Translations under genes and position numbers: made by a program | Shown here: positions 1 through 12,705 of the stretch, in pieces | Layout: each line of letters starts with the position of its first letter | Position numbering within the stretch: the stretch's first letter is position 1 | Notes under the pieces: model-generated | Databases searched by the model: none | Seen by the model: the letters and a program-made list of their open reading frames with translations, nothing else | What the model was told of the DNA's origin: nothing | Assembly (NCBI GenBank): GCA_964019425.1 | Contig: OZ025786.1 | Span: forward strand, 558,001 to 622,000 | Direction: 5' to 3' | DNA from: Flectonema sp. DT1601 | Lineage: Eukaryota | DNA length: 64,000 nucleotides

Positions 1-216
1 CAGCTTTGCAAGACACGTTCCGATTTTTGTTATTTTATATATATTTTTTTTTTTTTGTGAAAACACAAGACTACGGTCACGGTCTTGTTACAATTGACTG
101 AAGAGTTGTCAAAAACAACACCTCCCTCAATTGTCGAAAGTGGTTTGTTAAATACGAGACTTTTTTGAAGTCCTCTTGTTTTTTAATTAATCATTATATT
201 TAATGCATAGCACAAA

Positions 217-1695
217 ATGCCGTACCTTGAGTGGACAAATGATTACCTCGGGGAATGCTTGTGTTGGGATAATTCAACAGCTGATTGGTGTTCTGAGGAT
301 GTAGAATACCAGTGTGCTGACCTTATGAATGAAATATCATCACCAGCGTGGGTAGGATTGATGTGGGGTGTTACGATCATAGTCGTAACGTTAATGCAAT
401 TTGCGGTTCTGGGAATGTCAAAATATTTACGAAATAAAACAAAAGAATATCAACCTTCAATATACCATACGTTAGGGAAGACAGGATTTTATTGTACGAG
501 AGCTTTGGGATTGTTTGCTGTGTTGGCAGGGTTTGCAGTGAGTGTGGCAAACAACGTGTTTGCGAATGATTTATTTTTTGAACTAAACCGAGTGAATAAC
601 ACCATAACAGTTACCACCAGTATCATCAGAGGATCTGGGACAGTATTTCAACAAGCAGCGACGACTCTATCGAATGAGTTGAATGTATTGGTTCCTTCAA
701 CAGTCGAATCAAAAACAACACGTTGGATGAATGAAGTAAACGACCAACAGGTAGAATTTTACGAAACATACAAACAATTCTTGATTCCAGCTATAATCTG
801 GCCGCTTTGTGCTTGGTCTTTTCTTTCTTGGTTGGGGACTCTTCATAGAAAACCCACCATGACAAGAATTATGTTTGCGATCTCATCAGTGGTTTCGATA
901 GCACTAACAATCCTGCATGTCCTAGCATTGTTAATCACTTACGTTAATGTAATCATCTGTACTGATTATGATAATGTCCAGAGTGTCGGCCTCACTATCA
1001 TTGAAGCAAGATTTAAAAATGAATCAAGCGCAATTTATGATTTCTATGACTTGTCTCAAAATGCGACAACGCGGCATTACTGTACTAGCATTGATTCACC
1101 TCTTATTAAGGCAAAGGACTATTTTGTGATAACGTTGCCGGATTGTCATGGAGATGAAAGCATAAAAAGAATTATTGAAAGCGAAAGTTACTTGAGACTT
1201 ACTACTTCAGGTCGTGGTGAGTGTACTGGTTCTTGTAGCATCCAATCTTGCTCTGAGCTATGTCTTCAAGGTTCAGCAGTAAAAAACATATCCATTGCAG
1301 TTGTTGACTCGTGGGATAAAATTCACACTTCCCTTGCCATAATTGAAACTATTGGATTTCAGTTAGCGGAACTGACGGCTTTTTCTAATTTATTTACATC
1401 TTTAAAAGCTCCAATCTGTACTCCAATATTTTTTAGTAATGTTTATATCGTAATTTGGACATCACTATTGGTATTCTTTTATACTTGTATTATCGTGTAT
1501 CTGTGGTATTCTAGTACTCACTTAGCTCCGAGGTTACACTCACGTAGAGACAGTCACCAACGAGTTGACTCGGATCAAGGTTACATATCTGATCAAGATA
1601 TCTTATTGGAATCTCTTGAGACTAGAGCTGCTGCTTCATATGGTGCTACCAAAGGGCTGCTTGGTAGTAGTCGTAGACATACTCCTGTCTCATAA
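217..1695 (+). CDS. Multipass (about 5 TM) membrane protein with Cys-rich extracellular loop; tweety/prominin-like topology
   Basis: 492-aa ORF with hydrophobic segments at about aa 45-67, 97-115, 188-208, 218-247 and 405-431, and a Cys-rich loop between the last two. TAG acceptor at 208-210. An upstream exon cannot be excluded. Confidence 0.75.
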   Translation: MPYLEWTNDYLGECLCWDNSTADWCSEDVEYQCADLMNEISSPAWVGLMWGVTIIVVTLMQFAVLGMSKYLRNKTKEYQPSIYHTLGKTGFYCTRALGLFAVLAGFAVSVANNVFANDLFFELNRVNNTITVTTSIIRGSGTVFQQAATTLSNELNVLVPSTVESKTTRWMNEVNDQQVEFYETYKQFLIPAIIWPLCAWSFLSWLGTLHRKPTMTRIMFAISSVVSIALTILHVLALLITYVNVIICTDYDNVQSVGLTIIEARFKNESSAIYDFYDLSQNATTRHYCTSIDSPLIKAKDYFVITLPDCHGDESIKRIIESESYLRLTTSGRGECTGSCSIQSCSELCLQGSAVKNISIAVVDSWDKIHTSLAIIETIGFQLAELTAFSNLFTSLKAPICTPIFFSNVYIVIWTSLLVFFYTCIIVYLWYSSTHLAPRLHSRRDSHQRVDSDQGYISDQDILLESLETRAAASYGATKGLLGSSRRHTPVS

Positions 1696-3039
1696 ATTAC
1701 TACTTGGGCTTGATTTAGTTTTGTTTTGGCAAACTTGTTTTTTAAGAAAGAATTTTTTGTGATTGTTTTTTTTTTTTTTTTTTTTTGTGTTGTTTGTTGT
1801 TTCTTATCAATTCGTATGCTCTGCTGAGAATTATTTAATTTGCTGCTTCGTTCATAAAAAAAAAAAAAAAAAAAAAACAGCGACACCTGGTTTTTTGTGT
1901 TTTGGTATTATTGTTAGTTTTTTTTATATTTTTTTTTATTAATTTACATTTAGGCGACGTATACAAATTACGTCCCTTTTATTGAAGCTTGTTCAACGAT
2001 CTACGCTGTGTCTTCAGAAACGGCTAAAAATGAAGGTTTTATGTTGTTGTTGCATTGATGAAGTCGGGGAAAACTATTTGGATTAGGAACTGTTTGTTTA
2101 TTATATGAAATGTTAATTATTTTCTCCGTGCGATCAACAAAAATATTTATCGGCTCTCTCTGAGTAAGCTTTTACTTATCAACTGACGAGTACTATATTG
2201 TCTGGGGTGTTTTTTTTCTTCTTTTCTTTCTTTTTTTGATGTTGGCAACACACTCAAACCTCCTTTAGCTTTTTTATCAGTTTAAGTCGGTTCACGGTTA
2301 CTAAAAACAAAACTATTACGGTGTTATATTACTATTTTCTGTATAGTTTTAAGATAAATTTAGAATTCAGTAATGATGTGATTGGTTGTTTTTATTATCT
2401 CACTTTTCTGATTTTTTTTTTTTGTGTAGTTATCCAAACGTTCCTCTGTTTTTTTACTTCAGTTTCTTTGCTGTTCATCTTCTTCTTTTTTTTTTTATAA
2501 TAATAGCATATCAAATGTTGTTTGAACTTTGTTGGAGTGGGGAAAAAAAAAAAAAAAAAAAAAACCATTCAGAAAAGCCTTATATTTTGTTGATCGCAGC
2601 TAGTTTTACTGGCGCACAGGGAAATAGATAATAAATAACGGCTCTTAATCTGAATAGTTTCCTCTCCGACTTCGTCGGTGCAAAAAATTATTATTCGCAA
2701 ACATTTGATTGGATCTATACCAATTTTTCATACTTTTTATTATTGTGTTGCAGTTGATTTCCTTTTTTTTTTTTTTTTTTTTTTTTCCGTCTCAGACGAG
2801 CTTTATGAGCGAAAAGATAATTGCAGCGAATTTATTTAGTGAAGTGCCAATTTTTTTTCGTTTTTTCCCCCTTTTCCTCTCTCCTTTGATAACTGAGTAC
2901 TTTGATATTAATTTTGTTTTTAGTACCTAAATGTTGTTACTGTTTTAAATTGGCGTTATCAGCCGTCTAACACTGTCTGCTCGCGTGGACAGTGGGTTTA
3001 GGTAGTCATTTGTTCCAGGTTATTCTACGTCTCTTATCG

Positions 3040-3152
3040 TCTGTGAGAGTCTCACGGTTGCTGGTAGCGATATAACTGTTACTCTGTGAGCTTTTCCTGG
3101 CTTTTGGCTTCCTAGGCTTCGTAAATAAATAAATAAATAAATAAATAAATAC
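3040..3152 (+). repeat. Dispersed short repeat with (TAAA)n tail, copy 1
   Basis: CTCACGGTTG...ATAACTG...TGTGAGCTTTT.CTGG followed by (TAAA)n; similar sequence at 41030-41133. Confidence 0.6.
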
Positions 3153-3464
3153 ATTGTCAAAGTTTCACCTTCTGTTCTGCTATACTGTTGAACTCACAAA
3201 CATTATATAAGTTCATTTGAAATCGACAATTAATAAACCCGATTTATCAAAAACCAGAATGTCCCTAGAACTTACTGATAAAGACTTAAGAGGGACGGGT
3301 AGTTTAAAACTAAGTGCTCTTCTGAAACCTGTGTTTTTTATGGAACAGTAAAGCAATGTGTTTTTATAACATTTCTTTTTTTTTTTTATATTTAGATTTG
3401 GTGGCACTTTTTATAACTAGCTTTTGATTCTGAGATTTATGACACAACCGTTGCGTTTATCTCA

Positions 3465-3498
<34 letters not shown>

Positions 3499-4201
3499 TA
3501 AGTCTTTCCCTGTTTTTCTTTCGTTTCTTTGTTTTTATTTATTTATTAATATGATGATTTCATAACTTTTTTTTTTTTACTTTTTTATATTTTTCGATTC
3601 CACTATCGCAGCTGAAAAAAGGTATTTGTTATTCTTTCTGTTCTCTATTTGCTACCTTTCAACAGCATAGAGACACCGTACAATGTGATTATCTCAACGA
3701 AGGCAAGTAGTTCTTTTTATGTTTTGTTCTTTTTGTGTCTGTAAAATTACCAACGTGTTTATGGATCAACCTCTTGTGATCAAGTATGTCACTATTTCCT
3801 TCTTTCATGTAAGGAAATCGGGTGTTTTGTTAACTTCGTCAATATTAGGAAAGCGGGTACAGTTTCCCTAGTAAGGTGATATCTGCTTTTTTTTCGGTTA
3901 AGAATTTTGGTTTTGTTCAGACTTTTTCCGGAAATAATTGGAAAACTGAAATAGTTTTCACTTGAAAAAGTCGGAAGAAACGTGAAGCATCACGGCACTG
4001 TCTGATCGGACAACCGTGTAGTTACCGGGGACTATAAACAGCCCCTTGTGAGTGCTTCCACAAATTCACTTTTTTTTGTTGTCTTTTATAACGTCACAAG
4101 TGTGCAAGTAGTCGGGCAAGAAACAGTTTGAGAAATTATCTAATTTTTTTTTTCCTTTCGTCAGTATAACAAGTAAGTGTCCTGCAGGGGGGTTAATAAA
4201 A

Positions 4202-6092
4202 ATGAATGAAATCGCTCTGCTGTTGACATCACTCGGATTGGGACATCGCATTCGAAGGTTTGATGACTTGGAAGTATTCGAGAAGGAAACCCTTTCTTGT
4301 TTAACTGAAGAAGACTTTACAGAACTATTACCTGATGATGATGAGAGAACTAAACTAAAACAATCATTGCACTTTAAACATTTACCTCAAGAAGAAGAAG
4401 TAAAGAAGCCTTCAAATAACCATCAGATTCCAGTTGGAAATGCGCATTCAATCCGACCTCAAACAGCACAACCAGGGGTGTCCCGATACACACAACTTCT
4501 TAAAAAGAAAGGAGAGTTGCTAAAAGACGAAGTAGCAAACGCTAAAGCTATTCGAATTTTGGATGATGAGATATCACATGTTATGAAGAATCTCGGTTTT
4601 GATGTAACTCTTTTACGAGGTGATCGTATTCGTGTAGTCGGTCACACAGATTATCGATTAAATGGAAAAGTAGGAACAGTAATTGATGACGTCGTCGACG
4701 TTGACAGAAATGTTAGGATTTCACTTCGTAATAACAGAGTGGTGTCAGTTCCTCCGTATTGCGTTCAGCATGTTTCAGAGACGTGGTTACGACCTAGGCG
4801 TACATCTCGACCACAATGGAATAAGAACCAACCACCAATATCATACTCTTCAAGACCTGATGCAGTTCGACAAGCAGTTGAAAGAGAGAGGTCAAGAAGA
4901 GAAGATCCTTACACTGTTTATGGTACTGGGACTTCAGCAAATGGATCTCCGCGAAACTCTTCCAAGAGAGTTAGAGTTGAGCTAACACTTTGTCCTGAAG
5001 TAACTCAACAGCAAATTAGAAAAACTTTATCAACTCTCGAATGGTCAAAACGAGGGCTCATCTCATCTTCAGTAACATATTCAGTTAACATCCATCAAAT
5101 AACATTTGAGTGTTCAGCAAGTCCGATGCTCGAACATTTCTTAGCGATCGAATTGGACAGATTTTGTATCAGTCGGGCTGTTGTTCGAATGAATTTAAAT
5201 GTGAATAACGTAAACTTGTCATCTCCATTTAGTCGTTCCTATGATGGGAATAATTTTGACATGAGTTCAATTAGTGGAAGTAGTAGAATGGATTTACCAA
5301 ATCCGAACTCACCAAGTGTATCAAATTCTGTACCTGCGAGTACAGCACCAAGTGTTCATTCAGCAACTGGTGGATGTAATAACAGCGCTTCTGGTACTCT
5401 TCCTGGTTCAGTTCCTTCACAAGCTTGGGGTCCAAATGAAAATTCAACTAATAACGTCAATGGAGACGCACCTCACGCTGATCCAATTCCAAGAAAAGTT
5501 CGTCCAAAACGAAGCACTTCCACTTCACGTAAGAAATCATCGCCTGCCCTCAGCAGTACAAAAACAAAATCTCAACACATCAGCGTTGAAGAAGATCTTA
5601 GAGTAAAGCTCGCAGCATCCCAAGTCAGAGTACAGCAGCTTCAGGTTTGTTTTATTTTACTTTCATACACTCTGTTGTTGTTATTATTAGATAACAGGGA
5701 TGCTTTCTGTAGCTCGACAAGGTTTCAATAATTCAAAATAACAGGGGGACCTCATTACAAGCAAGTCACGTGAAAAGTCGGTGAAGAACTCGTTATCGAA
5801 CGAAAAGGAAAAGAATAATCACTTAGCGAGAGAGAGGAATGAGATGAAGTCACGTTGTGGGCTTCTTCACGGAGAGATGTCAAAGTTAAGTGAAGCACTA
5901 GAAGCAGTAATGGGAACTCTGTCTGCATGTGGTGCTCAGTGGGCTGAACAACTCTCTCACAGCGAAGATGTTGTAGGAAGCCGAATGAGTCGAGGAGTTA
6001 TAAGTGAACTCTTGGCTACAAATCATGAAATCAGTGAAAAACTACGACAGCTAAACATACTTAGCAGACTCGCTCAACAAGACGCTGAGTAG
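4202..6092 (+). CDS. SAM-like domain, KOW/SH3-like motif and C-terminal coiled-coil protein; 2 exons (4202-5644, 5745-6092)
   Basis: N-terminus LLTSLGLGHRIRRF...LSCLTEEDFTELL resembles a SAM domain; GDRIRVVG...LNGKVGTV is KOW-like. Phase-0 intron GTTTGT (5645) to AAAATAACAG (5744) joins the 509-aa and 103-aa ORFs in frame. Confidence 0.8.
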
Positions 6093-6590
6093 GTACTGTT
6101 CAGTATACGAGTTCAGCTCCTACTCCAAATTAACAACACAAACCTGATCCTCTCTGAAGTTAAGGAATGGGATAAGTAATTGTTGTTTTTGTTATTTATA
6201 TTTGTCTTCTGTTTTTGTTCTAAGCTAACCCACTTCTACATCTCTATGATTGTTACCACTCCCTACCTTAACAAGATGTCTTTTTTTTTTCTTTTCGTTA
6301 TGTTTTTTTTGGTACAATATAACGGTTGTGTTCGAAGTTGGACAAGAATTTAAGTTAAATTTTTTTTCATGCGATTGTGTTGTCATTTTTTTTTTTTTTT
6401 TTTTTTTTTTCCCTTTCTAAGTTTCTCGATTATTGAAAAATAATCCATTCACGATCCACAAAGTAACTTGTGTTTGATTCGCATGTATGTATTGAAAGTA
6501 GTCTTATTGGTCACTTCTATGGGTTCAAGATGAAAAAAAAAAACAATTTTATTTTTTTGTCTCACAGTTAATAAATTTACTCACAAAACT

Positions 6591-7154
6591 ATGCAAACCA
6601 CCTTTGATACAACGTACCTCGTTGGAATGGACATGAGTCCGAATCAAATGCAAGTGACCCCTTCACGTCCACAAACCATGCAGTCAAAGGTAAAGGAAAG
6701 TACTACTACTGAAGAAGTCGTTTGTAAGAGTGATATGCCCGGACTAGACACTACTAGCACCCCTCCATGTTGCCATAACAGATGGGCGCTTCACATCAGA
6801 AAGAAGAGATACTACGTGTTTGAGTGTATGACTTGCCTCACACTTTGGAAGACAAAGCTAACTGGATCCCAAAAGTGTCTTGATTTCTTTGCTGGTCACT
6901 GTCCGAATGGAGATGCTTGTGAGTACCCACATATATATTCAAAGCGTGTTTGTAACAGAGAAGAGTCGAGTTTGGAGGTTTTTCGCAGCTCTGGAGTTGG
7001 AATTGGAGGCTTTTCAAATGCGTCGCATCCGACTGATCTTCAATACCTTCTGAACAAAGTTCAGCAATTGGCTGAAGAAGAAGAACTAAGTGAGTCTTCT
7101 TACTCTAATGGAGATTCGATATCTCTCTCTTCAAGTTGTAACTCCAGTGAATAG
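6591..7154 (+). CDS. Zn-ribbon-like plus CCCH zinc-finger protein (putative RNA binding)
   Basis: PPCCHNRW...CMTCLTLWKT followed by CLDFFAGHCPNGDACEYPH (C-x7-C-x5-C-x3-H). T-tract and CACAG acceptor ends at about 6567. Confidence 0.85.
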   Translation: MQTTFDTTYLVGMDMSPNQMQVTPSRPQTMQSKVKESTTTEEVVCKSDMPGLDTTSTPPCCHNRWALHIRKKRYYVFECMTCLTLWKTKLTGSQKCLDFFAGHCPNGDACEYPHIYSKRVCNREESSLEVFRSSGVGIGGFSNASHPTDLQYLLNKVQQLAEEEELSESSYSNGDSISLSSSCNSSE

Positions 7155-7879
7155 AAAGTCTTTAGATTCCTGAGGTCTATTTGAGAGGCTGTAACATTTT
7201 ACTTGTCAAGTATCTAAAGATATATTGAGTGTTGCAATTCTCATTGCTTTTCATATTCAAAAATTGTATGTCATGAATGTTTTTAAAAAAGTACAGACCC
7301 ATTGAACCTTATTATTAGTTAGTATCCTTTTTGCTGAGAAAAGGCAAATAGTTTTTTTTTTTTTTTTTTTTGTTTCCTTATTCTTTTGTCGATGATCTGT
7401 ATTACATTCCCCTCCTTTGGTCCCTTCTTATTTTTTTTTGTTTTTGTTTTGGTTTTTTCTTTTTTTTTTTTTGAATTTAAGAAAACAGAGACTTGAGAAG
7501 GTGTATCACGTATAAGAGTAACAGTGTGCAATTATATCGCATGTTGAGAGAGAGAGTGTGTGTGGAATCTTTTTGGGAATCATGGGAGGGATGCCTTTGT
7601 TGGTCATCTTTTGCCTTTTTTTATCAGTAGCATTTTTATTTTTTAAAAAGGAGGTTTTTGGAAGGGGTAGGGTAACTGAAGCAAATGTTTAGCCATGTGA
7701 AAATTTTCTGTGAAACAATTTGCTTAAGTTCCGTCAATCACCCTTCGTTCGAATACTTATTTTTTTGTCTGCAAATTTTTTATTCTCTTTTCCCTTTAGT
7801 AGAGTTCAAGTAAAAAGTAAAAAAAAAAAGAAGAAAAAAGAAAAAAAAGAAAAAAAAAGATAAAAAAAAAGATTTTTTC

Positions 7880-7913
<34 letters not shown>

Positions 7914-10900
7914 AAAGTCACAGAACAGGGCTCCATCTCAGCTGAACTCTCAGGGAAGTAGATTCTGTGAAATAATTCTTTGAGGATCGCCTTAGTAGTG
8001 CTATCTTTGTTTATTCCCTTTTTATTCCTATCTCTCTTTTTGTTTGCTTGCCATCTGAAGGAAAATTCAAAATTAATTGCAATACTGTTGCTCTGATCTC
8101 CTTTTCTTTTTCTCTGAAATTAATTGTTTTGCTTCTTGTTTCTAAAGCGTGTCTTTATTTATAACATAATTAAATCGTGTGGTATTGGTCTAAGTTATCT
8201 GACATTCTGACAGTGTATTAGTCAGTTTTTTGGAAACCGTGCCTTCCGATAATCGTTTATTGCTGTAGGTTTCTTACTTTGGGATATATTTTTTTAATTT
8301 TTTTTTTTTTTTTTTTTTCTATTCTCGTCTATTGTTTTGTGCGTGTTTATTGCTTCTGTTCGTCTTGGGTGAGGTACATGAGCGAAACGAGAATCTTTCA
8401 TCTATGTGTATTGCCTGGTTTTTACAGCTTCTCGGTAGCACGAGCTGGAAAAAAAAAAAAATAAATATCCCGCAGATCCTTCTTTTTAAGATACCTTGGT
8501 GGGTACTGAAAAAAAAAAAAAAACGGGGTTTTTATTTCAGTTTAGAAAAAAAAAAAGAACTTATTTTGTCCCTTCCATCTATCTGGTCTAAAAACGATAT
8601 TTACTGAATCGAACATGGACCCCTGCATTTATGTGTATATAATTTTTTTTTTTTTTTTTTTGAATTCTGAAAAAAAAAAAAAAGAACCGATTTTACAACT
8701 TTTGTTGAAAGAAAAGGGGAATAAATTCTATTGGATTATAGATCTCTTTAGATCCTCGTTTTTCTCTTATTGTTTAATGCAAAAATTTAATTAAAAAAAA
8801 AATATATAATTTCCCCGTTTCGATATTGAGGTACTGTAGAACCTCTTGCGTACTTTCCTTACGAAGAAGCTTGTAAGTCTTATCATACTACTATGAATAT
8901 TTCAAATGGCAGAATGATAAGCCAAGTAAACGCTAATCACAATAAAGGAAAGAGGATTATCTTTCTTTTTTTGACGTTTCAAATTTATTTTCTTTTCCGG
9001 CGAGTCATTCCCGGGTGCAATGCCTTATTTTTTATTGCATAACAGGTTACCCCTCTGCAGCTGAACAGTGGTATTTTCCCCTCCTTCAACTCTTCATTTT
9101 TTTTAAGCTCTCTTTTCTTGACAAAAAAAAATATTTTCAGGCAATTAAACACGAAAAAAAAAAAAAAAAAAAAAAATTAATAATGATTTCTTTTTTTTCT
9201 CTTTTTTTTTTTCTGATGTTTTTTTTTACTAACTTTTTTCTTTTGGCTGTTAATAAATGTTGAAAAAGGAAGACCGCCCCCTCCTTTCGTTTATTTTTTT
9301 TAGTATTTTTTATTAATTTTCGTTTCAAAATGCAAAGAAGGGAGCGCGTTTCCTACGTGTTCTGAAATAGGGCACCGCTCTCTCTTATAAGGATGATACT
9401 TAGTCTTTTTTTTTTTCGTTTGAATGCTTCTCATTCCTTGCCTTCTTTGGTTATTATGTTCTGCGAGGTGGAGCCTTTTGATCAATTGATGTAGCAGAAA
9501 CACTGTGAGTTTTCTAGTCACATCGTTGTGTTATCATATCCCAGAATTTTTTTTTTTTTTCTTACGTTCAGTGAATACCACGATAACATCTGGTCTAGCC
9601 CAGTTAAGTCATAAAAACTGACTGTTCTTACCTGATCCTTTTGTTTTCATTTCTGTACTTTAATGAAGCTTTGGATAACTGGGGGGTGAACGATCCTCGG
9701 TACTGTTCCGTGGGTTTTCTATTTTCTTTTCGTGGTATGTGAGCATATCGCACATATGGTCGTATTATAAAAATGATGCTGTATCATGGAACAAAAAAGA
9801 TTTTTATTTTATTTTTTGTTTTCACTTTCTCCCCTACTCCCAAATCATTTCTCTTTTTTATTTTCTTTAGTTGTTTTCAACCTGTTAGCCACTGGGCGAG
9901 GTGGGAGCTGGGATCACTTCCAGCCGAAGCTATAAAACTACAACATTCGCGATTGGGTCCTTAGTGATGCGGGCTACCCAGACCCCTCGTAGTTATGAGT
10001 TCTGTATGTAGCTAACCAACCAAATAACAATTAGATTTTACTTTTTTCCCCCCGTTTTTTTTTTTATTTTAACTATCTTTCCTCTGCAAAGTAATCTGAT
10101 CCATTATAAGAAAAATATGAATGATTTGATTTTTATTATTTTTTTCCACATGCATTTTACTATTATTTTTATTTTTTAATTTATTTTTTGAGTTTCAAAA
10201 GCATCTTGCATTTCGTGACACCTCTGAAGGGGAAAAACGTGAATCGCGGAAGTCGTTCATTTTTTTCTCTTCTCCAGTGTGTTAACAAATACTTTGGTGT
10301 GATGGCCCCATTAACCTTTGCTTCCTGGGAGTGCCAATACAAATGGTGCATCACATAAAAAATTAGTGGAATTTATCAAGTTACGTAAACGAATCGTGTC
10401 AAAATGTATTCTATTTCATCACATGTACAATTGTGCGTGTGAATATCAAAATCAAAACAAATAAGAATAGCCACTGATAGTGGATCGCGATTATAGTGAA
10501 AAGTCAATTGAACTGAGCATGTGTGAAAATGAGGAAAGGTAAATCTTCCATGTTTTCGCACGCGGAAATGCATGTCTCTTCCCCTTACATCCCACAAGAT
10601 GGGACCACATGTGTTTATAACAGGGGCTGACATACATACATGGGATTAACCAGAAATCTCTTTCTCTTTTTCGACCAAGGCGAGTTTTCCCCATTCTGTC
10701 TTAACTAACCAACGGCGGTAATCACGAGAATTGTAAGAAAATGATATTTCTCTGGCCCCATAGTGTGCTATTCTCTCTGTTTTCTCTTATTTTCATGGCT
10801 AAATTAACACTTGATCGTTTCCCGTCAACTTTCCTCTCATTTTCTTTAAGGATTCTGTAAGTCAGTTGAACTTCTTACGGTCTGCAGGAGATGAATACAA

Positions 10901-11000
10901 TTGTCAGCCGCTGCCTGCGATCAACAGAACGAATACAAAAAAAAAAAAATAAAATAAAATAAAATTAATATAACGACAGAAACTGTTCGAACGAGGTAAC

Positions 11001-11033
<33 letters not shown>

Positions 11034-12705
11034 CGACACTAGATTGGTTTTTGAAATTATTTAAGAATCAATTACAATTTCAATGAACTTACTTTTTATG
11101 TTCTGGCGATGATACCTGTCGTGTACGCTCAAGTAGTTCGTTTCGAGACGGATATCACACGTGACATTGACGGTATCATAATCGCTAGGCTACGAAAGTT
11201 CGATAAACCAATACTGTAGGTTAGCAATTCATTTCTTCCACACAAACAACTTCCGTGATCCTCTCTTTCGTTTTATATTTCGTTTATTTCCGTCCCCAAC
11301 TTTTTTTTTTTCAAAAATAATATTTTCACACGCAGAAATAAGAAGTCCTTCTTGCATGCTTCTTTGTTCAGTAGCGCAAAGAGAAAAATTATTATTATTT
11401 TTTTTTTTTTCTTTTTTAAAGTTATCTTTTCCTGCGTATTTTTTTTTTTTTTTTCCCTCCCTCCCTTTACATAATATTCTTCCTCTCTCTAACGTGCTTC
11501 CTCTCCTCACTCGAAATAGATAAAGATATTGCTAGATAGGAAGGAACAGTGTTATCGTCCCGTCGTTGACCTTCAGTTGATACCACAAAAAAATTATAAT
11601 TAAACAATTGTTGTAATAAACTTTCCTAGTTGTGGGGCTATACTTTCAATTCTGTCTTTGCTTTGCTTCTTTCCAAGATTTCTTTTTTTGTGTTTTTTAC
11701 TGTCTGTCTGGCCATTATATCAATTTCTATTTTTTTTTTTTTTAAAAATTACGAAAACTAAGTCTTGTTATTATAAAGGGAACCACAACTTCTCTTAAAT
11801 GTGACAAAGTATTCGTGTGAATTAAAAATGTATTTCCAAGGAGCCCTCGTGATAATAGCGTCGGTATTTCATAGTTATCCGCAATAAGGTAACATCATTG
11901 ATCTTTGAGCCATTCTAACTATCTTAGGATTGTCTGTGCCTAAGGTTGGTCCTCTTTTGTTCTATCATCTTCGTTGTTTATTTTATTCTTTCCCAATAAT
12001 TCTTTTTCTTTTTTTTTTTTATTCCCGTAACTGGGGGTTTTGTGTGCATCGAACTACCTCAGTCGACTATTTATTGCTTGTTCGCAGCAACAATACATTC
12101 TTTTTCTTTTTTTTTTTCAAAGGAAAACCTCTAATTCCTCCAAAATAGTTTGTGAAAATCGCAATCCCAACAAAAAAAAAAAAAGTTTTCTAACAGGGTT
12201 TGAACTTGACCCAAAAAATCGTCTAGCGGAGGATTTTTTGTATGTGAGCTTAAACTATTTTGTGGAATTAGGAGTTTTCCCTTTATTCAATTCAAAAGAG
12301 TCACAAAAAAAAAAAAAAAAAAGAAGAAGAAAAAAAAGGCACGTTGGCAACTCGTGTAGCATAATAATACCTGCATACTACCTTACAAAGGGTAGACAAA
12401 GAAAAAGGGAGAAGTATTTTGTTGCAAAACAAGACTGGGTAGCGGCGTGTTACCTGCCACGTACGAATTACATCATCGTAAAAGTTGTGTTTGTCTTGAC
12501 TTCTTGATATATTTATCGTATGAGTTCGCCAGATCGCCATCTTATCACCTTACTGTTAGTCACATCATCTGGCATGTGTTAGATGAAAAAAAAAAAAAAA
12601 AGGAAAAAAAAAAAAAAAAAAAAAAAACCCGTTATTTTGGCCTCCCTTTTTGCTCATTTGGTTATGAAACGTCGAAGTATTAATTAATAAATTTACACTA
12701 CAAGG

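Noticed and set aside
10376..10694. Minus-strand ORFs in a higher-complexity patch
   Set aside because: Short, opposite to the cluster direction and without recognisable domains.
7319..12683. Many 60-155 aa Phe- or Lys-rich ORFs (also 17873-22288 and 30178-41432)
   Set aside because: Translations of poly(T)/poly(A) tracts, often with non-ATG starts and no motifs.
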